Part shown: positions 54,701 to 64,000 of the stretch, piece by piece | How positions within the stretch are numbered: the first letter of the stretch is position 1 | Layout: each line of letters begins with the position of its first letter | Assembly: GCA_030141605.1 (NCBI GenBank) | Contig: JAQGDQ010000239.1 | Coordinates: 124,001 to 188,000, forward strand | Source: Tubiluchus corallicola | Taxonomy: Eukaryota > Animalia > Priapulida | Reading direction: 5' to 3' | DNA: 64,000 nucleotides | The notes under the pieces: generated by a model | Seen by the model: the letters and a program-made list of their open reading frames with translations, nothing else | What the model was told of the DNA's origin: nothing | Databases searched by the model: none | Position numbers and translations under genes: made by a program

Positions 54701-57596
54701 AGTTGTAATATTACGACCTAGCTAAAGCAAGCCCATGTTATATAAGCCTAAAATTTAATTATGCATCATTCTGTTGGCCTTTAAAACCTCAGTAGATCAT
54801 TTCAGATTCTCTACACCGAAGTTGTCTATATATTAAAATGATACTCTTTAATTAAAACTTTCGAAACATTATTGTTATGCCGTATTATTTGCATTATTTA
54901 ATTTAAATTTTCGTGTACATTAATTAAGTAAAATGAAATTAAGGCGTATTGTACGCATTATATTTACACGAGACAAGTTCCTCTTAACGTAAATTGACGT
55001 AATACAGTAAAGTAAACACATTACAAAATCACTAGATTTTCGAATAGTAGAGCATTACATGTCGAGTAAATAGAGGCTATACAGAATAATGGCATATGTA
55101 CACCCACACGCACACACATATATATATATATATATATACATATATACAACAAATATAATGTAAAACAGATAAATCGTGCGTCTCACGCAAAACCAAAATT
55201 CAACAAAAAATATTAAAGTGATGCAACAATGCGAGAATTCGTTTTAGCAGACATGACGACAAAAATCGTTGAGCAGACTAATTACATTAAATCAACACTT
55301 GATTAACCAAATCTTGTGAAGTCCTAGCAACGATCAAGAGGGCGTGCAGCTTTTCCAAATCACTGCGTCTCTTTGCGTGTGTGACAAACGCTCCAGGTTA
55401 ATGAAGCCTATGCGGAAAAATAGGCCGTGTATTGTAGTCTGGCTTCACTTCGCTCTATACGTAAACACGTGTATGCATCTATATACAATAACTAGAATTG
55501 TGCATTAGATACACAAGAAAGCAAAGCTGAATCAATAATTAGGTCATCAGTATTCCTAGAAAGCCCTCGAGAGGAGCAACAGAAAATATAATAGGCGAGC
55601 ATATGAATCATCAACATCACATTAGTGGTCACTGTGATAGGTCGGCAACAGGAAGTTATAGTGGAACGCATCCTTCAAGATTTTTTCCAGAATTAAGTGG
55701 TTTATTTCATAGAAGACACAGCCGGGTTACGTAATCAAAACTTTCTCCTGCGCATTATAGGGGCATTAGGGGTTATTGCTTACGCAATGGCTTTCCAATT
55801 GTAATGACGGTAACCCGGATAATTATCACTATAATATTAGTAACCATAATTTCTGTCATATACCGATAATACCTTTATCTTGAAACATCGCAAGAAAATT
55901 TGATATCTAACCTTTAAATAATGGAAAACCTGCCATCACTGACGCCCTCTCGAAGCAATATGGGGCTTATTAGCCGGATCTCTAAATGGATTTTTGAAAG
56001 ATTAATTGGCCTGCACTCCTGTTATAAGACCCGCATGCTTAAAGCAAATAAATTCATTATCACTGACATTAAGACAAGATATGCAGCACCATTTACATAA
56101 CGCAGGTGCGCCAGGATTTATAACTAATTCGTCATTAATGTCATAAGTCATATAGGAAAATACGCTTTGCCGAATTTGGGTTTATAAGCATATTTTTATA
56201 TGATTCTGTGCATATCAATTACAATACTGTCTTTTGTGCGATAGTATGATGAACATGACAAAGACTAAACAGTTTATTGCTACAACTTTGACTTTTAAAC
56301 ATGCTCTTGAGTTAAAAACGCCATTAAAACTGACATGGTTAGTGAAGCATAAGGCATATACACGTATATAGGCTTTTGTTGTAGCTCGAGGCAGTAGTTC
56401 TTATCAACTTGTCGTTCTTGTTACTATATTCACAATTATTTCCAAAATGATAACTTTTAATAGTGCACGCTGGGACTTTTATAAACATCTGCTGATCACT
56501 AATCGTCAAACAATTAAAAAGAAGACGCACCTATTATACTGATTATCACAATTTTCCGTTTACAGTTTTAATTTTAACTGGCCGTTTTTCATTTTTGAAA
56601 ATTCAGTATCCTTTTGCTTACCTGTATCTTATTTAATATGCAGACGATAATTCTTATTCGCTAATATAGAGATAATGACGCCCTTATATCTGCAAACCAC
56701 GAAACCAGCATGTGACTCAAGAATGCATTACAGATATTACGCCAGCATGAAGAATTCTGATAATATCGAGTATTCATCAGTTTCGTAATTAATAACATTC
56801 GCGTGGCGCACGTATTTTCCAATAGTTAGATTAAGTAGTAAACAATGCATGCTAAAATGAGTTAAGACGCAAATAAACCTGACAGAAAAAAATCTTTTTT
56901 TGGAAATATCTTCTCAAAATAGCTCAATATTAAATATTTTGTGTAAAATGTTGTTCAAATATAACAAACAAAGCGAAGTAGGTTTCCACAAAGGCGCAAA
57001 CACATTGGTGAAGTCACAAGTAGAGTACCAGCTTTGCTTCTGTTAAATAATTTACGTTATAACTATATTATAACGGGCCTAAATATATCAGTTTTATTTA
57101 TTTTAACCTAGTGCACCTATCAGGGACGGTGAGTGACCATTATTGCGTCACATTATTTTCTCAGAATAACTGCACAAGCGCCCATGGTAACGATTAGAAT
57201 GCTGATATAACATTCTATTCAGCTACTCCATTGCCAAGTCTGTCGAGTAGACTCTATTGCAGTACTAAAGATCAAAATTTTAATAATAAACTAAAACTTG
57301 CCTAATCCAACGCCACTAGCAAACTTTCCCGGCCTTGATTTCTCTTTCACTCTTTGGTCTACGATAGGATTAAATCCTTGATTATGTTGATGTTGTTGTT
57401 GTGGCTGTGATTTGGTATGCATGCTGAGATTGCTTGGACTCATAGAAGACATGCCACCTGCATAAGGTGAACAAGTATAATAGTTTTGGAAACCAGACGA
57501 AACCATTCGGATGTTCCCAAGAATCTCTCCACGCCTCTCGTCCTCTCCGTACAGGGGATGCATCTTCTGTTCATACATGAATATAAGTATATTCAT
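37420..57596 (-). CDS. E75: Nuclear receptor E75 (Eip75B / NR1D, Rev-erb subfamily), 7 coding exons, about 818 aa
   Basis: Minus-strand exons: 57596-57302 (A/B region, GC donor); 47608-47520 ([30 protein letters not shown]); 42782-42638 ([16 protein letters not shown]...[17 protein letters not shown]); 40966-40728 ([20 protein letters not shown]); 40364-40194 (ACPLNP...[20 protein letters not shown]); 39058-38830 ([16 protein letters not shown]); 38708-37420 (DRPG...LNSLHSEKL plus long F domain). Phases are consistent (2457 nt). The first exon and start codon are less certain than the DBD and LBD exons. Confidence 0.92.
39518..39695. mobile_element. Tc1/mariner-pogo-type MITE in an E75 intron (178 bp)
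   Basis: TA|CAGTCAAACC ... GGTTTGATTG|TA: terminal inverted repeats (9/10) flanked by TA dinucleotides, with internal TTATA(A/G)CGAG-like subterminal repeats. Confidence 0.7.
44015..44320 (+). mobile_element. 3' end of an L2/CR1-group LINE (degenerate)
   Basis: Translates as [21 protein letters not shown], then a frameshift, then RKLKTHL. This is the typical ORF2 C-terminal WNxLP...KxxLKTHL motif, followed by AATAAA and an (ATT)n tail at about 44284-44320. Confidence 0.75.
47089..47101. promoter_or_regulatory. IR1 element (EcRE-like) in E75 intron 2
   Basis: ATGTCA-C-TGACCT, one mismatch from the perfect AGGTCAnTGACCT. Confidence 0.4.
48731..48767. repeat. (TA)n microsatellite
   Basis: Direct reading. 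Confidence 0.9.
51444..51886 (-). mobile_element. 3' fragment of a non-LTR retrotransposon
   Basis: The ORF at 51605-51886 contains [12 protein letters not shown]...RRLC...[11 protein letters not shown], the HxLxIExGR / CCHC-type C-terminus of LINE ORF2 proteins. A (TTA)n-like tail lies on the minus strand at about 51444-51467. Clade not assigned. Confidence 0.7.
53292..53774 (-). mobile_element. Short non-autonomous Helitron-like (Lep1-type) element
   Basis: The minus strand starts TCTATATATAC and ends ...CTAG|T, with a GC-rich degenerate hairpin (CCCGTCCGCTTCGCCCGT on +) just before the end. Internal GTGCCAAGTTCCA and (GATA/GACA) microsatellite segments are typical of such elements. Confidence 0.5.
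54607..54619 (+). promoter_or_regulatory. RORE (HR3/E75, ROR/Rev-erb monomer site) in E75 intron 1
   Basis: TAAATGTAGGTCA matches the AT-rich-extended AGGTCA consensus. A second site, AATAATTAGGTCA, is at 55534-55546. Confidence 0.45.
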
Positions 57597-57809
57597 ACAC
57601 GAATTCCAAAGAACACTTAGTTGTTTCTCACTCCATTTATTCTTACTTTTTATTAGTCGCTACAAGTACGTCTGTAATTCTTGATCAGTTACTTCACGTC
57701 TGTACTCGGGGAGCCGGAATATTGAACTATAGCTTTCCACACTCTTCAACCAGCCAACGAAAACACACCTCAAACCACACTGAGCCGTTGAAACTAAAAG
57801 TGCACACAT

Positions 57810-57878
57810 GTGTCAGTGAACCTGTACTGCTCAACCTAGCGTGCGAGCTCTCCGATCTCTTGCACAAGTCAGTGACCG
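57810..57878. promoter_or_regulatory. Two IR1 nuclear-receptor elements (EcRE-like) upstream of E75 exon 1
   Basis: GTGTCA-G-TGAACC (57810-57822) and AAGTCA-G-TGACCG (57866-57878), about 215-280 bp upstream of the first ATG. Confidence 0.5.
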
Positions 57879-58263
57879 AGCATGCTATGCATGAGGCATG
57901 CAAGGCTAAAGTAGAGCTGTAATGCGCATCAGCTTGCAACAAACACACAAATCGTGCGCCGATTATCTAACATGCTATTTTCATTTACTTATTAACGTTT
58001 TAAAATCGGTGTAACCATAGCACAAAAATAGAACAGGAAAACACCATCAAATGTTTAGAAAATTATAAAAACAGGTACTATATATATTGTAAGGTATTAC
58101 CCTCTTACCTATCCACCGGGTGTAGTGTTGTTTAATTTTGTACGGATCGATTTTCATTAATTGGTCTAACATAACCATGAAACACATTCTCAGTACAAGC
58201 AATTAGTACACTGCATTTCATTTGACATAAATACTGGAATAAGTAAAAGACGAATCACTACTC

Positions 58264-58466
<203 letters not shown>

Positions 58467-61400
58467 CTATATATTAAATGGAAGTTCAAGTTGCAGCAGT
58501 GCTGTTACTGCTGGTACTACACATCAAGTATAGTGTTGCTTGCAGGTCTAGTATATTAAAATCTACTGTTAATCTGTTTTTGCTTCTGTTCTGTGAAAAA
58601 TGATCTCCATTGGTGGGATACCGTATTTGAGTGACATAAGCACTCAAAAACGTGTCCTTATGATATATAGAATACATTGTACTTACAGAAAAGAAAGAAT
58701 GACCTTTTGTTGCACCTTGATATTATGAAATTATTAGAATTAGGTGTATCACGACTTTAGGTCACTTAGTAGAGAACAGATTTTGTCATGGATTATCACC
58801 TATTCGAAAGCCTTTATCAAAACGAAAAAAGCTCTAGCTAGGGAGTAATCCCTAAGATAGTGAGGCGATATTCGACATTTTCAAATGGCAGGACCTTTAA
58901 CTACTAGCATGCAATGCCTTACATAACTTAATCTAAAACAGTTACATAATCATATGTACCATAACGAGGCTATATACCCTTCAATAGAAAGCTGCTTTTA
59001 CCATTCGTGACAACTTACACAACGCCATCCTAAATTCTGCCAAATATTTCACTCACAAAGAAAGCTGGGTTACGAGTTTTACAGTGAAACTTGTCTGAAC
59101 AATAAACGTGGGGTTTAATGACACTAACCTGGCAACATTCTTGAGCTGGCCACTGGGCAATGGGGCTTGTTAAATTGGACAATGGCTATAAATTATAGTG
59201 GTCAAAGTAACATGTAAACGTAGTAAGCAGACAATGACTTCTAACCAGACATGCATAAATTTTCAACTACTTATAGGCTTGCCTTCAATTCTACGTGACG
59301 AAGATATGTAAAACGCCATTAAGTTTACCATAAACAACTATGCATAACGAATTGTCATAATACATATCAAGCACATTTAAACAGCCTCATTTTGTAATTC
59401 GTCTGCAATAGCAGAAGCCAAGTGGAAATGCAAGAGCTCCAGTGTACATAGTTGGTGTCCTTTCCATGTTTTCCGAAATTTTATACTCTTTACAACTGTG
59501 CGTCTTTTAGGAAAATTGCGATGTCCACTTTTTTGATAACCAAAACGAAATTCTAATTATTTATGTCAGTGGTTACTATAATGTATTGTATACGTAATAA
59601 TAGTATATTATAATATACTATATATTTAACGTATATGATATATAGTACAGACATTGGTTTTCAGAAACTAAAATTGTTTGCGGTAATTCCGTCTGAGTTA
59701 TAGACAAGTTATTGCTAAAGAAACGATTTTTATACTTCATTATAGGAAAGGAATAGACTTCTCGTTTATAAAACTCTGTATAATATCGAAAACCTTCAAC
59801 ACACCTAAAATGACGAAAAATCCAAACATTTTGCACTAACCCGAAAGTTAAGTGCACTAACCGTCACGAACAACATTTTCAAAAAATTTCTTCACGCACA
59901 AAAGCAAATGGTTTCAATAACAAATCTAAATCATGATAAAGCTAATAACTGACAGAATTTTCTGGTAAAAATCAATAGGCAAACAAATAAAAGAAACTAA
60001 ACTCTTGAACAACAATAGTGTTTATACGTGAGAACTCATTAAAATTGCGGGTGAACAGAAAAAAATATCAACTCTTTGCATGCAACAGACAGAAAGTTGG
60101 GTTTCGTGTACCATCGACGCTTGGTTTGTATGACTTGATTTTCCCATTAGATTCCAATCACACTCTGCTGTGTGACAAAACCACGCGGGTAGAATTACGC
60201 ACTTCATCAAGATAAAATTACGAGTTTTCATCTTGGTCAGACGTCGTTAACTCTTTGTTTGTTCTGCGCGTCTTTATACGCAGGAGGACTAAATGACATC
60301 TTCAGAAATTCGAAGTTATAACTCCTTTTCCATAGTGACAGAGCAGAAGAGTAGGCGCAAACAAATATAAAGATCTAAGTGATCCAAAAGTTCAAGAAGA
60401 TATAAAATCCCGAGCAACAGCATAAGACAATTTAAATTAGCGAAGAAACACACAGAAAAAGCGCAAAAGTCCCGAAAAGATGTCTGACAAAAAGACTGAT
60501 ACGTAGTAGCCTAATCCTGCTTCGAAGTCCAAGAACTGATCCAATATGACAGTAATAAAATAAGGGTGCTTAAAATTAATATTATTATGCTATATATAGT
60601 GTGAACACGTAGTATGTAAAAGCTTGCATGCATTGCTTGGGGGATGTTATGTACAAAAATGCTGTATTGAGTAACTGTAACGCAGATAGAAATTCAGTAG
60701 CATGAAGCTTTTACTCTGTAAGTCTGCACAATTGACTTTTCGATATTCGTATGTGATTGTCAGAAATGAACTACTGCCTTTTCATTCAGAACTAGGATCA
60801 TACATGTTCATTCATCTCAGCCCATTATGTTTTAGGCTATGGTGACGGAAGCGGGAAAGATGACCAATAGAGAGGACTCTACTAAACTCTAATCTACTTA
60901 TTTTATTAACGACCTAATAATCTCTTTTATACTGAAAGCCTCTATCAAAGTGAATAGACGAACTAAAAATTAAAGATCAAAGTTTATTTTCTAAGCAACA
61001 GCGCAGAATTATTATACTATGTTCCAAAAATCTGTATGAAATAACATCAAATTAAAAATTATGCACACACAAAAATGATGTTTTATCGTATAACGTAATA
61101 GGTTCATTATGATTTATGACTTATGGTACGATTTATGGGTTTCATATTTGGGAAAAACATAAGCCTGCATGAGATTGTGTTTGCTCCTACTTGGACATGG
61201 TACGAAGTGCGGGCTGGTCCATAAAATAAAACATCTGCGAAGCACAAGTTGCACAACATCCGCTAGTAAAAAGACACAATGAAGCCGCTATACAATAATT
61301 ATTGTAAGCGACCTTCACAGAGCAGTTAATAAATGAAGCGAGTCTTAAAACCGCGGCAAAATAACCACACGTTTACCCAAAAATGTAATTATATTATTTG

Positions 61401-63017
61401 ATTGGAAAGTTTTAAAGAACTGGGGAGAGAAAGAGTGAGGAAGATGGAGAAGGAGAGAGAGGGGGAGAGAAAGAGCATTATAAACCTACAATTTTTATAT
61501 ATACACCACCCACACCATGCCACACTGCGCACACTACATCATTCACACCACAACACCCACACCACACCACACCACACCAATCACACCATACCACAGTACA
61601 ATATGTATATACATACATATTGCATTTTTGGGGACATACTTAATAACTTCTGAAGAATAACGGAAAACTCAGACAACAGCCCATCTAAAGTAACTTCTCA
61701 AACCTTTCCTACATGTCCGGGGAAATAGAATTATGGTAAAATCTTGCCAGGTATTTGGTGAATAACTTTACTAACTAGTGGTACGTGGCTGATTGAATAA
61801 CAATGAATTAGAAAAGTATTATATACGTACCAGCATTATTAATAGAATACCTTTTTTCAGTCGATCTAAATGACATCATTACCAGATATGAAAGACGTTA
61901 AAAATATTTGATCTCCGCATCTGATAATGACACACTGCGGCGATTTACGCGCGAGTTACAATTCAGTTTTTCTTTTCTTTGCTACAGTTTTTGTGCTTTG
62001 TTTTTGAAGTGCTTGCCAAATGATGTGAAACTATAATTTCTATGCAGCTCTTTCAATGTCTGCGTAAGTCTAAGAAACCTCTTCGTTGGCATTTCCAGTT
62101 ATTTACAATAATAAGTGAAAAGGCGAGAATACATGGCAAACAAGGAAACAGAAAACTCGGCTTTGGTTAGATAATTAACGCATTTTAGCGAAAAGTGAGA
62201 GTGGGGCGGGCATTCAAGCGTTTCATGAAAATCTAAACTTGCCCTAGTATCGCTGTGCTTGGACATGCACCTCTCTAACTATGTGTAGTGGGTTATTCAA
62301 CCAGGAATAGTTCGCATTTTCATTTCCACTAGGGCAATAGACTCAGAAAACACAACAAAATCAAATTATCTAGTCTACCAAACTGAAAACAAAGGTATTT
62401 GTTGTGGGCAGCAATTTTGCTACAAGTTTTTATAGACGTGGCAGTAACCTCTCAAGCACGTGCATACGCCGCTGCGTTGACTATTTGCAGTTAGGATGAA
62501 TTAAATACGAATTTAGAAATAAAATAATTATTATGTATGCAAAAATATTATGACTGCCATTTAAAATAATACGCGCAGACTGCAAGCAGATTCATACTTA
62601 AGAATACGAACGAACTGACTTCTTATAAATCGTATGAAATAATAAAATGTTTGAGCAGTTTTTGACTTGAAGAAATCGGTTGTCATAAGAAATAAATACA
62701 TAAACGATCCGGAAATTGTTGCAGCTACATCATAACATAGTGGTATTTTGCTTCGTAAACAGGGCTAATATAATCACTAATCAAAGTGGGACACGTAACA
62801 AAATGGACTACCTGGTTCACTAACCCGCCCCATGCATTTCACTTTCCATGCGAATTTCACCAGTACATGCAGAGACTTAATTAATTAAAATCTTAAGCAG
62901 TACTGAATTTGAATGTCGGGTATTCAAGGTTCTAAGTTAGAAAGGTTACATTAATAAGAAAATTAATACTGATTACGAAAAAAATTCATTTTATCTTGTG
63001 AAAATAATTTGGCGAAC

Positions 63018-63753
63018 TACATAAAAAGCTGGACTCTTGACAACTTGCACGTTTCGTGAATGAAAATTTTGTAACTGGTAATTTGATAACCTGGATCTGA
63101 GTACGGTGGTCTTTTTACGGTTGGCCAATACACTTTAGAATATATTATGATAAAGTGGTAGATTCCTTGTTTCAACTGAAAGAATTACTTTGTGTAGTTA
63201 AAATGGCACCATTGCTTTTTTTTCTAAATAAGAGTGCTATACGATGCAATGATAGCAAATTTCTGGATGTCAAAGTGAATTTAGGCTCTGATTTTCCAGA
63301 ACTCAGCAGCAATGTTTGCAAACCTATCCGGTTTACTTGCTCGTCTTTATGGTAAATCCGTGGCAGAGAAAATACCTGTAGCTGAATGATTACGATGTGT
63401 TTAAGCAACGAAGCGTGACTAGTGAATGTATTGGTGACCAGCAGGTGTTTTTTCTGTTACAATACAAGGTTATACATATGAGCGAGGATATATATATATA
63501 TATATGTCATTCTGTCCCCAAATGTGCTCTTCTGAGGTGAGACGAGACGTTCCCGTCCTGTTTTCATTATTAGCCATCAACATTAATCTTTTAAAGCGAA
63601 CCGATGTACATAAAAAGCTGAACTGATGACAACTTGTGCGTTTCGTGAATGGAAATTTTGTAGCTGGTCTTTTGGTAACCTAATGTCTAAATACCTCTGG
63701 TCTTTTTACGTAACACAAAATACACTTTAGAAGATACCATGATAAAGTGGTAG
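63018..63753 (+). repeat. Two diverged copies of a ~145-bp sequence (63018-63161 and 63607-63753)
   Basis: Both copies run TACATAAAAAGCTG...GACAACTTG...CGTTTCGTGAATG.AAATTTTGTA.CTGGT...GGTCTTTTTACG...AATACACTTTAGAA...ATGATAAAGTGGTAG. Confidence 0.85.
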
Positions 63754-64000
63754 CTTGACAGTTTGGTAGCTGGGTACACATTTGGTAGGTGGCAAACTCA
63801 AAGCTACGGAGTTTCAGGTTAAAAAGTTTTCCAGGTAAAGAGAGGCCATTAACTGAAGGCCCAGTTACATTGATTTATCAGAATGGTAAAGGCTAAACAT
63901 AGTCTTCTATTATTCAGCCACTGCTAGATCAAATGTCTCTGTATTTAGTTCATGTATATTTTGTGATTACATTTCAGTGTAACAATTTATTTGTTGGCAA

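Noticed and set aside
6376-57596. Functional clustering of MGAT5, PYG, EXOG and E75 as a metabolic or clock module
   Set aside because: The genes have unrelated functions and nothing in the sequence shows co-regulation; adjacency alone is not evidence.
60022-60231. Minus-strand 69-aa ORF as an alternative E75 coding first exon
   Set aside because: No convincing phase-1 donor to join the 47608 acceptor.

Overview
AT-rich, spliceosomal-intron-containing genomic DNA from an invertebrate animal; the E75-type receptor suggests a protostome, probably an ecdysozoan. I reconstructed four protein-coding genes by hand from splice sites and reading phase. (1) MGAT5/GnT-V, + strand, 16 coding exons, 6376-17654, about 733 aa. 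(2) Glycogen phosphorylase, + strand, a completely intronless 858-aa CDS at 22827-25403. (3) EXOG-type mitochondrial nuclease, + strand, 6 exons, 27784-34752, about 371 aa. (4) Nuclear receptor E75/NR1D, - strand, 7 exons, 57596-37420, about 818 aa, with a probable GC-AG first intron. The phosphorylase locus is the most unusual part. It has a retrogene-like CDS with a probable 5'UTR intron, a 755-bp tandem duplication downstream, and an upstream hAT-like element with a perfect 8-bp TSD that carries a 47-bp copy of the gene's own 5' exon/splice-donor junction. The E75 introns and promoter carry IR1 (EcRE-like), RORE, D-box and E-box motifs and are CpG-retaining, unlike the CpG-depleted MGAT5 and EXOG gene bodies. 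LINE ends, a MITE, a Helitron-like element and microsatellites are also present. I found no convincing novel multi-gene system. All coordinates were read by eye.
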